A stretch of 64,000 nt of DNA, from the NCBI GenBank assembly GCA_001788495.1, contig MGCF01000006.1, positions 2,106 to 66,105 of the forward strand, written 5' to 3'. This stretch comes from Candidatus Rokubacteria bacterium RIFCSPLOWO2_02_FULL_73_56 (GTDB lineage: Bacteria; Methylomirabilota; Methylomirabilia; Rokubacteriales; CSP1-6). The stretch's first letter is position 1. Every line of letters starts with the position of its first letter. The notes beneath the pieces are model-generated. The model was not told where the DNA came from. It worked only from the letters and a program-made list of their open reading frames with translations, and did no database searches. Shown piece after piece: positions 8,276 through 19,300 of this stretch. The position numbers were made by a program, and so were the translations under genes.

Positions 8276-9134
8276 AATAGGCGCTCTTGAGGAACACCAG
8301 CCTGCCACCCTCCATACGGTAGTCGATCCCGACATCGTACAGCATGTGGCTCAGACTCGGCCGGTTCCTTTCGACGAACGACACGATCGCTTCCGGATAC
8401 GCCAGCCGCCGCAGGAAGAAGAGGAACTGATCCACGTCAATCCCGACGAAGTAGACGGCATCGTTCCGCTTCTTGTTCGCCACCACGATCACCCGGCACT
8501 TCTGCAGCTCCGGCCACAGGATCTCCTCGATCGGCACCCGCGTGGCGTCCATGTACGCGGAACACCCGGCCTTGTCCTTGATCTCCGCGAGCTGCGAGCG
8601 CGCGTCGAAGAAGAAGTAGAAGTTCTCGAGGGCGGTCCCGCGCTTCGTCAGCGAGTAGCAGATGCCCCCGGAGACCGTGCTCCCGGGCGTCCCGACATAC
8701 ATGTGGATCTCGTCCAGGGAGGCCGTCCCCGTCAGCAGCGACGGGCCCACGTCGAGCGAGAACATGAAGTACGGCAGGCGCTCGTTGACCGGGACGTCGC
8801 AGCGCACCCGAGGCCGGAGCGCCTCGGCGACTCGCGTGATGGAGCGCGTGCGCTCTCGGCGCCGATAGTCGTAGAAGTAGAGCTCCCAGCGCAGCTCGCC
8901 CCCGATCCACTTGACTCCGAAGACCGTCTTCGACACGCCGATCGCCTGCCGGAGGAGCGGCACCAGGTCGAAGCATTCCTCTCCCACCCCCGCGACCTCG
9001 AACGACCGGAACAGCAGGTTCACCGATCGAAACTTGCCGCCCGGGGGCGCGACCGGCTCGTACTCCCACAGGCAGAAGTCCTGCAGCGTCTCCCCCTCCG
9101 CCGCGTACTCGAGGCGCTCGTCGAGCGTCTTCAT
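8262..9134 (-). CDS. Unknown 290-aa protein (X2), paralogous to the C-terminal domain of the next gene. Its strand/helix pattern is reminiscent of ABBA (PT-barrel) prenyltransferases.
   Basis: Codon 295 onward of track ORF 8262..10016, with an ATGA overlap with the upstream stop at 9131. Sequence: MKTLDERLEY...VFGVKWIGGELRWELYFYDY...YFMFSLDVG...IHMYVG...ICYSLTKRGTALENFYFFF...AVYFVGIDV...LYDVGIDYRMEGGRLVFLKSAYYGVF. Confidence 0.6.
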   Translation of the reverse strand: MKTLDERLEYAAEGETLQDFCLWEYEPVAPPGGKFRSVNLLFRSFEVAGVGEECFDLVPLLRQAIGVSKTVFGVKWIGGELRWELYFYDYRRRERTRSITRVAEALRPRVRCDVPVNERLPYFMFSLDVGPSLLTGTASLDEIHMYVGTPGSTVSGGICYSLTKRGTALENFYFFFDARSQLAEIKDKAGCSAYMDATRVPIEEILWPELQKCRVIVVANKKRNDAVYFVGIDVDQFLFFLRRLAYPEAIVSFVERNRPSLSHMLYDVGIDYRMEGGRLVFLKSAYYGVF

Positions 9135-10252
9135 TGCGCGCCGAAGTAGATGGAGAGGAAGTCCTTGCCTTCCCGGTCGAAACCGCCCGTCACGTGCCCG
9201 AAGGGCGCCGCGCTCACCTGCGCGTACGCCGCCTCGAACCGGTCCGCGGAGATCGCGTAGTGCTCGCAGATCCTGAGGAACAGGGCGTGGAGATCGCGCA
9301 GCCGCAGTCGCGCGTTGTAGAGGTTGATGTCGAACGAGTTCCGCGGGTTCCCCTCCTCGGTGGTCTCCAGGTACAGGAATCGATCGGCGGCCACCCGGCC
9401 CGCGGCCTGCAGGACGATCTCGCGCGCGAGCGCGAGCGGGGTACCGGAGGGGCCGCCCGCGAAGGCGCGGGCCATCCGCTCCAGCATGTCGTCGGTGGAG
9501 AGCCCGGGATGGCACGTGTACCGCGCGACGGAGCACCGCCGGCTGTCGTCGGCATCCCACTTGAATCCCAGGTACATGAGGAGGGGATCCCGCCGGTTCT
9601 CCGCCTTGGCCCTGACCAGTCTCCCCCCGAATTCCAGATAGGCCTTGTAGCGCTGCGTCCGCTCGCTCTCCTCGAAGCCGAAGAAGACGATGTTGGCCTG
9701 GAAGATGTTCTCGCGGAACGCCGCCACGAAGCGCTCCGGCATCCGGAGGCGCTCGCAGATCGCCAGGAGGCGCCCGCCGGCGTCCTCGCTGAGCGAATCC
9801 CGCTTGAAGCCCCACAGGAACCGGTTCGCGAGCAGGGTCCGCTCGAACATCTTGAAGGAGCGCTCGAGCACCGGCTGGACTCCGAGGTCCTCGACGAGGC
9901 GAAGCAGCTCGGCGGCCTGCTCGGGGATGCCTTCGGTGAGCGACACGGGCGACTTCCGGCTGGAGAGCGGCGCCGCCGGCGGCAGCGGCTCGCCCCCGAG
10001 CGAGCCGTGCTCCCACTCGTAGTCCCGGACGGCGTGCGCCAGCATGGCCGCGAGCCGCTTCGCGGTGGAAGGGCTCAGGACGATCCGGTCGGACACCTCG
10101 AGCACGAGCTCGTCGGTGCCGGGCACCCGGCGCCCCTTGCTCCCGAAGGACAGGGTGACCTCCGAGCGATCGGCGGACAGCTCGAACACGTTCGCGTAGC
10201 TCGTGCTCGCATTCGAGCCTTCCCAGCGCACCGGGACCCGAGCCTCAGACAT
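9131..10252 (-). CDS. Fusion protein (X1): N-terminal DUF3467-like domain (copy C) plus a ~270-aa unknown domain paralogous to X2
   Basis: Track ORF of 373 aa with GGAGGG 6 nt upstream. N-terminus: VRWEGSNASTSYANVFELSADRSEVTLSFG...LEVSDRIVLSPSTAKRLAAMLAHAVRDYEWEHG. C-terminus: IVFFGFEESERTQRYKAYLEF...LLMYLGFKWD...NSFDINLY...FGHVTGGFDREGKDFLSIYFGAQ. Confidence 0.75.
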   Translation of the reverse strand: MSEARVPVRWEGSNASTSYANVFELSADRSEVTLSFGSKGRRVPGTDELVLEVSDRIVLSPSTAKRLAAMLAHAVRDYEWEHGSLGGEPLPPAAPLSSRKSPVSLTEGIPEQAAELLRLVEDLGVQPVLERSFKMFERTLLANRFLWGFKRDSLSEDAGGRLLAICERLRMPERFVAAFRENIFQANIVFFGFEESERTQRYKAYLEFGGRLVRAKAENRRDPLLMYLGFKWDADDSRRCSVARYTCHPGLSTDDMLERMARAFAGGPSGTPLALAREIVLQAAGRVAADRFLYLETTEEGNPRNSFDINLYNARLRLRDLHALFLRICEHYAISADRFEAAYAQVSAAPFGHVTGGFDREGKDFLSIYFGAQ

Positions 10253-10345
10253 CGGGGCCCTCCGCGCCCGACGGGTCGGCGGGGCCGACGCCGCCGCGTC
10301 CGCTCCTACCCGCCTCCACCGCCGGGATCAGTCTCCCTCGACACG

Positions 10346-13300
10346 TCACGCTCCGCTGATCGCGGTCGCGGGGCTCGCCTCGACCAGCTCGATGTCCGGG
10401 GCCACGTCGATGCTCCAGTCCAGGAGGTGCGACTCCGCCGACTCCGGCCGACTCAGCTCACCGCGCCGCGCGGCCGTCGTCAGGCTGCTCCAGAGATCCC
10501 CCGCCGCGTCGCCGTCGAAGATCCGGAAGTCGCGCAGGGCCGCCAGGACCCCGCCGCCGCGCTGCTCGTCGCGCGTGCTCAGGCCCGCGAACGCCCCCGC
10601 CGACCAGTCGATCCCCGGCGCGGCCGGTGCGAGGCGCACCGGCCCACCGAGCGCGACCTCGACAGGCTGCGCGGAACCCGTGTCGTGCGCGACGAGCCGC
10701 TCGCCCTGCGTCAGCGTCGGCGACATCACGTCGGCCACGCCCTCGTGCGCGAATCCCATCACGTGTCCGAGCTCGTGCATGGCCACCGTCAGCAGGTCCA
10801 CGCCGCCACTGCCGCCGCCGACGATCCAGCCGTACCCTGCAGCGTCGGCGTCGAAGACGATCGAGCGGCCCACGGTGGTGGCGAGCACCGGCCCGTCGAG
10901 CTCCGCGACCGCGAACCGGAAGTCCGCCAGCGCCCCCAGCCGCGAATCCCCGTTGCCCAGCGTGTCGGTCCACTGGCGGATCGCCGTGTCGACCGCGCCG
11001 TCCAGCGTGCGGACGTCGAGCGTGCCGGTCGCCGCCGGTGCGGACGCGATGGCCGCCGCTTCCATGTTCTGGCCGCCCGACTGCGCGAAGGCGGGATCCG
11101 TCGTCTTGATCGTGACGTTGTCGAAGCTCGCCGCTCCGCCGGTCGCGAACACGCCGAATCCGCCGTCCACGACGACCGCGTTGAACGCGAAGCCGACGAC
11201 CGCCTGACCGTTCAGCGTCACGCTGACCGTCGACCCCTTCAGCGAGATGCCCAGCGTGTAGTCGGTGCCCGCGTTGATCGTCCGGGCCACCGACGCGTCG
11301 ATGACCCAGCCGTTCTTCGCCGTGTAGTGCCCGATCACGACCTTGTCCGCGGGCGCGTCGATCGCGACGAACTTGAAGTCGTCCCCCTCGTACCGGTCGA
11401 AGACGAAGCCCGCGCGGCCCTGCGTGTTGACGATCGAGGACAGCTCGAGCACCGACGATACCTGGAACCCGCCGACGCCGAGGTCGATCAGCTTCGCCGC
11501 GGTCCCGCCCGAGGGCGGCACGGCCACGTAACGGCCGCCGCTCACGGCCCACGTTCCGCTCGTCGCGCCCGTGAACAGGTCGGCGACGCCGTCGCCGAAG
11601 TCCTCGGTCGACTGGAACGTCGCGGCCGCCTGCACCACCTGCACCTGGACGTTGTCGAACGAGCCGCGCGAGTTGTCCGAGCCCACCCCGACGAGGCCCC
11701 AGTTCAGGCCGTACGACCAGCCGTCGATCACCCGCGGCGCGAACGTGTAGGTCAGCGAGTCCTTGTTGTTGACGATGATCGTGGCGTTGAGGCCGTTGAT
11801 CGACAGCATCATGTTGTAGTACGTGTCGGCCTTCGCCAGGAACGGCGTCTGCTTGTCCACGTGCCAGCCCGAGGCGTCCCGGTGGCCGGCCACCAGCTTG
11901 TTCGTGGAGATGTCGATGCCGGTGAACTTGAAGTCGGTCTTCGTGTTGTAGTCGAAGATCAGGTAGGCGTTCCCCTTCCAGCCTGCCGTCGGCTTCACCA
12001 CGTCGACCGACGCGAGCATCTCGAAGTAGGCGGGCAGCGCGTCGCCGACCTGGTACACGGCGACCGCGTCGCCGCCCAGCGACTGCGCCGACACCTGGAG
12101 CGCGCCGCCCGAGACCGTCCACGCCCCGGAGTCGGCGAAGAACGCCTGGGCCGTACCGTCGTTGAAGTTCGCCGACCGCAGCACGTCGCGCTTGCCGCCG
12201 GGAACGTTCCCCGGCTGCGGGTCCGTGGGCGCGCCGGTCTGGTCGTGCCACGCGAAGTCCTGCTGCCTGATGACGGCGAGCTCGCCCTCCGGCTCGCCGT
12301 TCCGCGTCGGGTCCGCGCCCGTGTCGGCGGCGCGCGTCGGGTCGGCGCCGTCGTTGGCCGACAGCTGGTAGAGGAATTCCGCGAGCTGCGGCTGCAGCGT
12401 GCGGCTCACCGTCGCCATGCCGAACGGCGCAAACGGCACGAGGTAGCTGTTGAACTCGCCGGCCCAGTCGATGAGCCGGTCGCCGCCCGTGTTGCCGATC
12501 AGGACGTCGCGGCCGGCTCCGCCGAAGGCGCGGTCCTCGTAGCTGGCGGCCGTGTCGGGCGCGTTGTTGAGCCCGCCCGCCGTGGTCAGCACGTCGTCGG
12601 CGTTGAGCAGGTCGTTGCCCCAGCCGCCGTAGAGGTCGTCGCGACCCGTGCCGCCGACGAGCCAGTCGTTGCCCGTGTCGCCGAAGAGCGCGTCGTTGCC
12701 GTCGGAGAAGATCCCCGTCGCGACCTCCGCGCCCTCGGTGCTCACGAAGTTGAGGAAGAACTCCTTGCCCGCGCCCGTCTTCGACAGCTCGCCCACGTCC
12801 GTCAGCAGGATCTTCCGCAGCGGATCGTACTCGTCGTACAGCGCGAACTCGCCCGCGCGCCGCGTCCGGTCGACGTGCCAGCCGTCCGGGTCGTCCGGGT
12901 TGAAGCGGAGGATGTCGCCGTCCGCGAGGTTGAGCGGATGCCCGTAGTCGGTGCGGATGACGCCGATGAGCAGGTCGGTGGCGTCGTACAGCTGCGCGTA
13001 GGACTCGACCGGTGCCTCGGCGCCGGAGATCGCGTCGTCCCCCGAGCCGCCGTGGAGCGTGTCGTTGCCGACACCGCCGTAGATGATGTCGTCCGACTTG
13101 TGCGCGACCGTCGCGGAGCCGCCGAACTCGTCCTGGGTGCCGTTGAAGGTCACGTCCACGCTGAACGGCGTGAGGTCGGCCGTCTTCTTCAGCTGGCCGC
13201 TCACGTTGATGGTCGCCGACTGCACGTTGCCCGGCGTCGTGATGAGCAGGTCGAGCTGGCCGGCGAGGCTGCCGATCCCGTACAGCGGCTCCGCCGTGCC

Positions 13301-16300
13301 GTTCCGGCTCGTGAAGAGCCGGCCGTCGTCGCCGAGGACGCCGTCGTCGCCGGCGCCGCCCGAGATCCAGTCGTTGCCGTAGCCGGCCACGAGGTCGTCG
13401 TCCTGCCCCTCGCCGAAGAGCACGTCGTTGCCCTTCATGCCGTAGACGACGTCGTCGCCGCCCTCGCCGTGCAGCTCGTCCGCCGCGCCGATGTCGGTCG
13501 CCGCCTGCGCCGCCGTCGGCGCGTAGTCGAGACCGCCCGGGGTGTAGTCGACGAGCTGGACGCCGCGCACGACGATCTTCGCCTGCGGCACCGCCGGCGG
13601 GTCGTTCGTGTAGGTGTCGTAGTTGAAGGCCAGGAAGCCGCCGAACATCTCCACGCCGCCGCCGCCGCCCGGCGCGTCGTTGACGCCGAGCAGCCGATAG
13701 ATGTTGCCGTTGTCGCCGAGGATCACGTCGGCGTCGGTCGCGTGGCCCTGCGGCGTCAGGTTGCCCGCGTCGTTGCGTGCGACCGCGGTCCCGGAGCCGC
13801 CGAAGACGAGGTCCGAGCCGTCCGGCCGTTGGTTCGGCGTCTCCAGGCTGAACAGCGTCGAGCTGCCGCCGATGATGTCGTCCTGGCCCTGGTTGCCCAG
13901 GATGACGTCGTTCCCGCCGTTGCCCTCGACGTAGTCGTCGCCGTCGGTGGCCGCGTCGAAGGACGGGTTCAGGACGAGGGCGTTGCCCGCGTCCCGGGAG
14001 GCGCCGACGCGCGAACCGTTGCTCACGAAGTCGATCGAGCCGTCGCCCTGGATCACGTCGTCGCCGAGCTCGCCGAAGACCGTGTCGTCGCCGCCGCCGC
14101 CGGCGATGTAGTCGTTGCCGTAGAGGACGGCCGGCGTGCCGTTGGCGTGGTCCAGGAGCGTGATCTGGAAGTCGGCCCAGGCCGCGCTCCCACGCGGGTC
14201 CGCGTACTGGCTGGCCGAATTGATCAGGAGCTGGCCGGCCGTGGCCGCGGCGGTGCTGTAGACCTGCGTGCCGCTCAGCACCCGGAACCGCGGATTGGTG
14301 AAGTCGCCGAGCGTCAGCGACCGGTCGAGCGACACGTTGTCACCGAAGATCAGGTCCTTGTCCAGGCCGCCGTCGATGGCGTCGCTCCCGGTATTGCCGA
14401 TGAGGATGTCGTCGCCGGCGTTTCCGTACATCGTGTCGTCGGCGCCGTCGCTGTTGCTCTTGCTCTCCACCTGGATCACCCCGGCCGTCGACAGCAGCGT
14501 CTCCGCGATCGTCTGCGTGACGAGGCCGAAGTCGCCGAACTCGATGTCGGCGCCGCCGTCGCCGAAGAGCGTGTCCTGGCCGGGCGTCAGCGTGTCGTGC
14601 GTGTCCGGCGGGAACCCGGGAATGGGCGCCGACACGGCGAACACCGTGACCAGCTCGCGGTCGTAGAGCGTGCGGTCGATGACACCGCTGTCCTGGTTCG
14701 GCTCGGGGATGCTGACGGTCGTCTTGTGGACGTTGAACCCGTCGTCGCCGTAGATGATGTCGTCGCCGTCCTGGCCGTGGATCGTGTCGTGGCCCGAGCC
14801 GCCGGCCAGGTGGTCGCCCGCCTGGCTGCCCCAGATCGTGTCGTCGCCGCGCCCGCCGAAGATCGTGACGCTCTGGGTGGCGTTGCGCGCGTCGATCACG
14901 TCGTCGCCGGGGTTGTTGAAGGCGATCGCGTGCACCGACGCCACGCCCGACGTGCCGACGTACCGGCTACCGTCCTGCGAGGTGTCGCCGAAGACGACCA
15001 GCGGCGAACCCGCACCGCCGCCGCCGTTGATGGTGATGGTGTCGCTGCCGCCGCCGCCGTGCACGAGGGTGAGCGGGCCGCGGGTGCCGTCGGGCGCGGC
15101 CATCGTGCCGTCGATCGTCAGGCTGTCGTCGCCGCGGCCGAGCATGACCTCGAGCGTCTCGACCATCGTGTAGTTGATGCCCTTGGCGAAGTCGTGCGGC
15201 GTCCCGTCCTCGCCGACGAAGTGCAGGTCGGGGCCCATCCCGTTCATGAACAGGTTGCTGCCCGTCAGCGTGCCGACGTCGTTCGCGCCGCTGCCGTCGT
15301 TGAAGATGTTCAGCGTGTCGACCGAGCCCGTGTCGTCCGTGGTGATGACCTCGCCGACCGGGCCCGGATCGGTCTCGGTCGGCAAGATCACCGCCCGCCT
15401 GATCGAGCGGTCTTCTGGCCCGACGCTGCCGTCGATGGTGAGCGCTCCCTGGATCGCCGTGCTCGCCACGTGCGGCTGCACCGGGAAGAATTTCAGCGGC
15501 TGGATCTCGTCCGTCGGCGGGGCCTGCGGATTCGCCGTGACCCTGACGACGAACGGCGTGAACCAGTTGGTCGCGTCGAAGGTCACCGTGGCCGGGGTGA
15601 CGACCAGGCCGTCCGCGTCGAGGACGGCCGGGGTGAAGACCGGGCCGCCCGGCGGCACGACCACCGCCGAGTCGACCAGCGTCTGGTCGTCCGTCAGGAG
15701 GGCGATCGTCACCGCCGCCGCCGGCGCGTGCGTCAGCCGCAGGCTGTACGTGTCGCCGGTCGGGTCGCCCTTCACCACCAGCGTCGATCCGTCGGTCTCC
15801 CGCACGTAGACGCCGGCTCCATCCGTGTCGATGAGCTTGACGTTCAGCTTCGGAGCCGGCTTCGTCGCGAAGAAGCTTGTGTAGCTCGCGTCGGTGCCGC
15901 CCACCGCATGGCTGATCTGCGCCGTCACGGGATTCTGGACGACGAAGTCCTGGGCGGCCGCCACGTCCACGGTCGCAGCCACGTCCCAGTTGGACTCGTC
16001 GAACGTGAACGTCTGTGTCCCGGCGTTGTATCGCGGGTCGAGGCTCGAGAGCGCCAACCGCGCGTCGCTCGGACTCAGCGTCACCGTCACGGTCTGGCCC
16101 GCCGCCGGCGCCTTCGCGAGCTCCAGCGTGTAGCTGTCGGTGAGGCCGTGCGTGCCGGCCGCAGCGTCCTCCTCGAGCACCACCGTGTCCAGGTCGGTAT
16201 GCGTGAGGCGCAGCCCGGGCTGGTCGTCGTCGAGGACCCGCACCTTCACGTTGCGGATGGCCACGTGGTTGAAGTCGTCGTCCAGGCTACGGCTGCTCAT

Positions 16301-19300
16301 GCTCACGATGACCAGCCCGTCGCCTTCGCGAGCGACATCGTCGATGGCCTTGACCGTCACCGTCTTCTTGGTGCCCGCCGGCGTGCCCGCGGCGAACGTG
16401 AGCACGGCCGCGGGCTGGAAGGTGGCTCCCCCGTCGATCGACACCAGGAGCGTGGCGGCGCCGAGCGCCCCCGCCTCGGACGGGGAGCCGGCCGCCGACA
16501 CGGTGATGTACACGTCGTCCGTGGGCGCGGCCGCGAGGCTCACGTCGTAGGAGTCTTCCGTCGCGCCCGCCTCGCCCACCGTCGTCGCGCCGCCGCTCTC
16601 CTCGATCACGATCTGCCCCGAGGCCGGGGTCGCCACGTGCAGGTCCACGCCCTCCGCGGGCAGGTTGTCGTATGCCGGGTCGGTCGAGGTCACCTGGTGG
16701 TTGATGACCGCGCTGATGCCCTCCAGGTCACGGCTGACGATCGGCAGCGTCACGTCGCCGCCCACGTTGAACGTGTCCCAGCCGATGCCGCCGACCACGT
16801 TCACCGCCACATCCGCCGGCGTGCTGAGGACGAAGAAGTTGTCGTTCCCCTCCAGCCCGTCGACGGTGATGGACTGGACGTTCTCGAACGTGATGTGCAG
16901 CCCGGCCCCGAAGATGCCCTCCTCGGAGATCGCGAAGTTGTCGCTGAACTCGGTGCCGAGGACGACGATGCGGTTGAAGCCGGTGCCGCCGTCGATGTCC
17001 ACCGGCGCGTTGACGGTGTACTGGATGAGGTCGTTGCCGTCGCCGCCCAGCGCGGCCGCCTGCGCCGCCGTCGACAGGTCCTTCAAGACCTCGCCCGTGA
17101 GCGGGTCGGCCAGCGCGAAGGCGCGGATGATGAACGTGTCGTCGCCCGCGTTACCCTCGAGGCGCAGCTCCGCCTGGTTCGCGTACACCTGCATCGTATC
17201 GTTGCCCGAGCCGCCGTAGACCACCATGGGGAAGGTGACCCCGCGGCTCAGCCAGCCCTTGGTCGTGTAGATGGTCGCGATCTCGTCCCCCGGCGCCACG
17301 GCCGGCGGGATCCGCTCGGCGCCGAAGACCTGGCCGACCTGGAAGAAGTCGTCCCCGGCCCCGCCGTCGAGCGTCGTGATGCTGCTGTTGTCGTCGCTGT
17401 AGAACGCGTCGGCGCCGGTGTAGCCGTTGACGATCAGCCGTCCGTTGACGTTCTCGTCGTAGTTGATCCGCTCGACGCCGGCCAGCAGGTGCTGCGGGTC
17501 CGGCTCCGGCAGGTGGGCCGGATCCGGCGTCAGGTACGCCACGAAGTTCCGCCGGACCAGGAACAGGTCCTCGCCGTCCGGGTTGTTCGAGTCGCCGACC
17601 TCGGTGCCGTTGATGGTCAGCGTGTCGGCGCCGTCGTCCGGGGCGCCCGTGTCGAACACGTTGATGACGTAGTCGGTCGCGGTGGCGTCGGCCCGGACGT
17701 TGACCACGACGTCGTCCGTGTCGCCCTGGCCGTCGATGTCCAGGGTCGAGGCCCGCGTGTGCAGCTCGTTCACCGTGACGAGGTCGTGCCCGGCGCCGCC
17801 GAAGACCTCCACGTGGCCCGTCAGCGCGTGCGTCGGGAAGCCCGGGTCCGCGGGCCCGTGGTTCTCGTAGTCGAAGGTGATCGCGTCGTCGCCGTCCTCG
17901 CCGTAGTACCGGATCTCGGGCGCGGTGACCGTCCCCTTCGTCAGGATCGTGTCGCCCCCGCCCCCGCCGTGGACCTCCACGAAGCTCGCCGCGGTGACGT
18001 GGGCGTCGTCGACGAGGATCGTGTCCGCGTCGCTGTTGCCGGAGATCACGAGGTCGCCGGTCTGGATCGTGCCGTCGACGTCGATCGTGCTGCCGAGGCC
18101 CGGGTCGCTGTTGCCGAAGTCGCCGTCGATGATGACGTGCCCGCCCGCGCCGGTGACGAGCGAGGCGCCGCCCTCCAGGTGAAAGTCGTCGCCCGCGTGC
18201 AGCGTGATCGTGCCGTTGACGAGCACTGCCCCGGTCGCGTCCGCGTCCGGGCTGCCGAAGTCGTAGACCGCGGTCTTGAGGAAGAATCCGCTGCGGACGA
18301 CCAGGTGGTCGTCAGCGCTGTCGTCCGTCGCGATGTAGGTGATGTTGAGCGCGACGACGTTCTCGGTGATGTCGATCGGGCTGTCGGCGGTGACGGTGAT
18401 GTCGCCGCCCGCGGCCATGCCGGGGTCACCGCTGTCGACGACGCCGCCCTCGGTCAGGTCGCCCGTGTTCACGATCCACGTGCTGCCGAGGATCGCCTTG
18501 CCCTCGAGGAAGCCGATCTCCGTGTTCAGCGGGTTGCCGGCCGCGCCGATGTCGTCGCGCGCCACCAGGTACGCCTTGCCGGAGACCACGTTCTGCGGGC
18601 TGACGTTGCTGTTCAGGATGCTGCCCGTCGGTGCCGTGAGGAAGGCGGTGAACGCCGGGCCCGTGCCCGCGGTGTTCAGGTACAGGTCGCCGAGCACCTC
18701 GATGATGTAGGTGTTGGCGAGGTTGCTGTACGAGGTCAGCACGCCGGCGCCGTTCAAGCGGCTGTTGATGTCCACGTCGTTGCCGGACACGCCGATGCCG
18801 AGGAACGCCGTGAGCGTGATGCTGTTGCCGATGATCTCCGCGGCCGGCGTGTTCATTGCGTCGAAGATCGAGCCGGTGAACGCGTCGAGGTCCACGTTGC
18901 CGCTGTTCGACTGGACGTGCTCGACGTTCATGTCGCCGAACGTCTCGGAGACGAAGATGTCATCGTCCGCGTCCGCCACGAGGGTGCCGGTGCCGTTCAC
19001 GTCGACGTCGAGATAGTCGCCCGGCTCGCCGATCCCGCCGTTGTGCGCGGTCAGCACGACGTGGTTGGCGTTGATCTTCGTGAAGTCCGTGTCCAGCGCG
19101 TCGAGGATCGAGCCGTCGAGCGCCGTCAGGTGCACACCTTCCACACCGCTCTGCGAGAACATGAACTCCACGTTCATGTCGTCGTTCTGCTCGACGAGGT
19201 AGATCGCGCCGAGCGCGCGCGCCGTGATCGTGGCGCTCGCGCCGAGGTCGGTCTTGACCGGGGTCACCGCCGTCCCGATCGAGCCGTTGGCCGCTTCGAG

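Noticed and set aside
10253-10345. A small hairpin GTCGGC-CCC-GCCGAC in the 93-nt gap after the giant gene, considered as a terminator or attenuator.
   Set aside because: - The stem is only 6 bp with a 3-nt loop and no U-tract.
- The next gene has its own RBS and appears co-oriented in the same operon.
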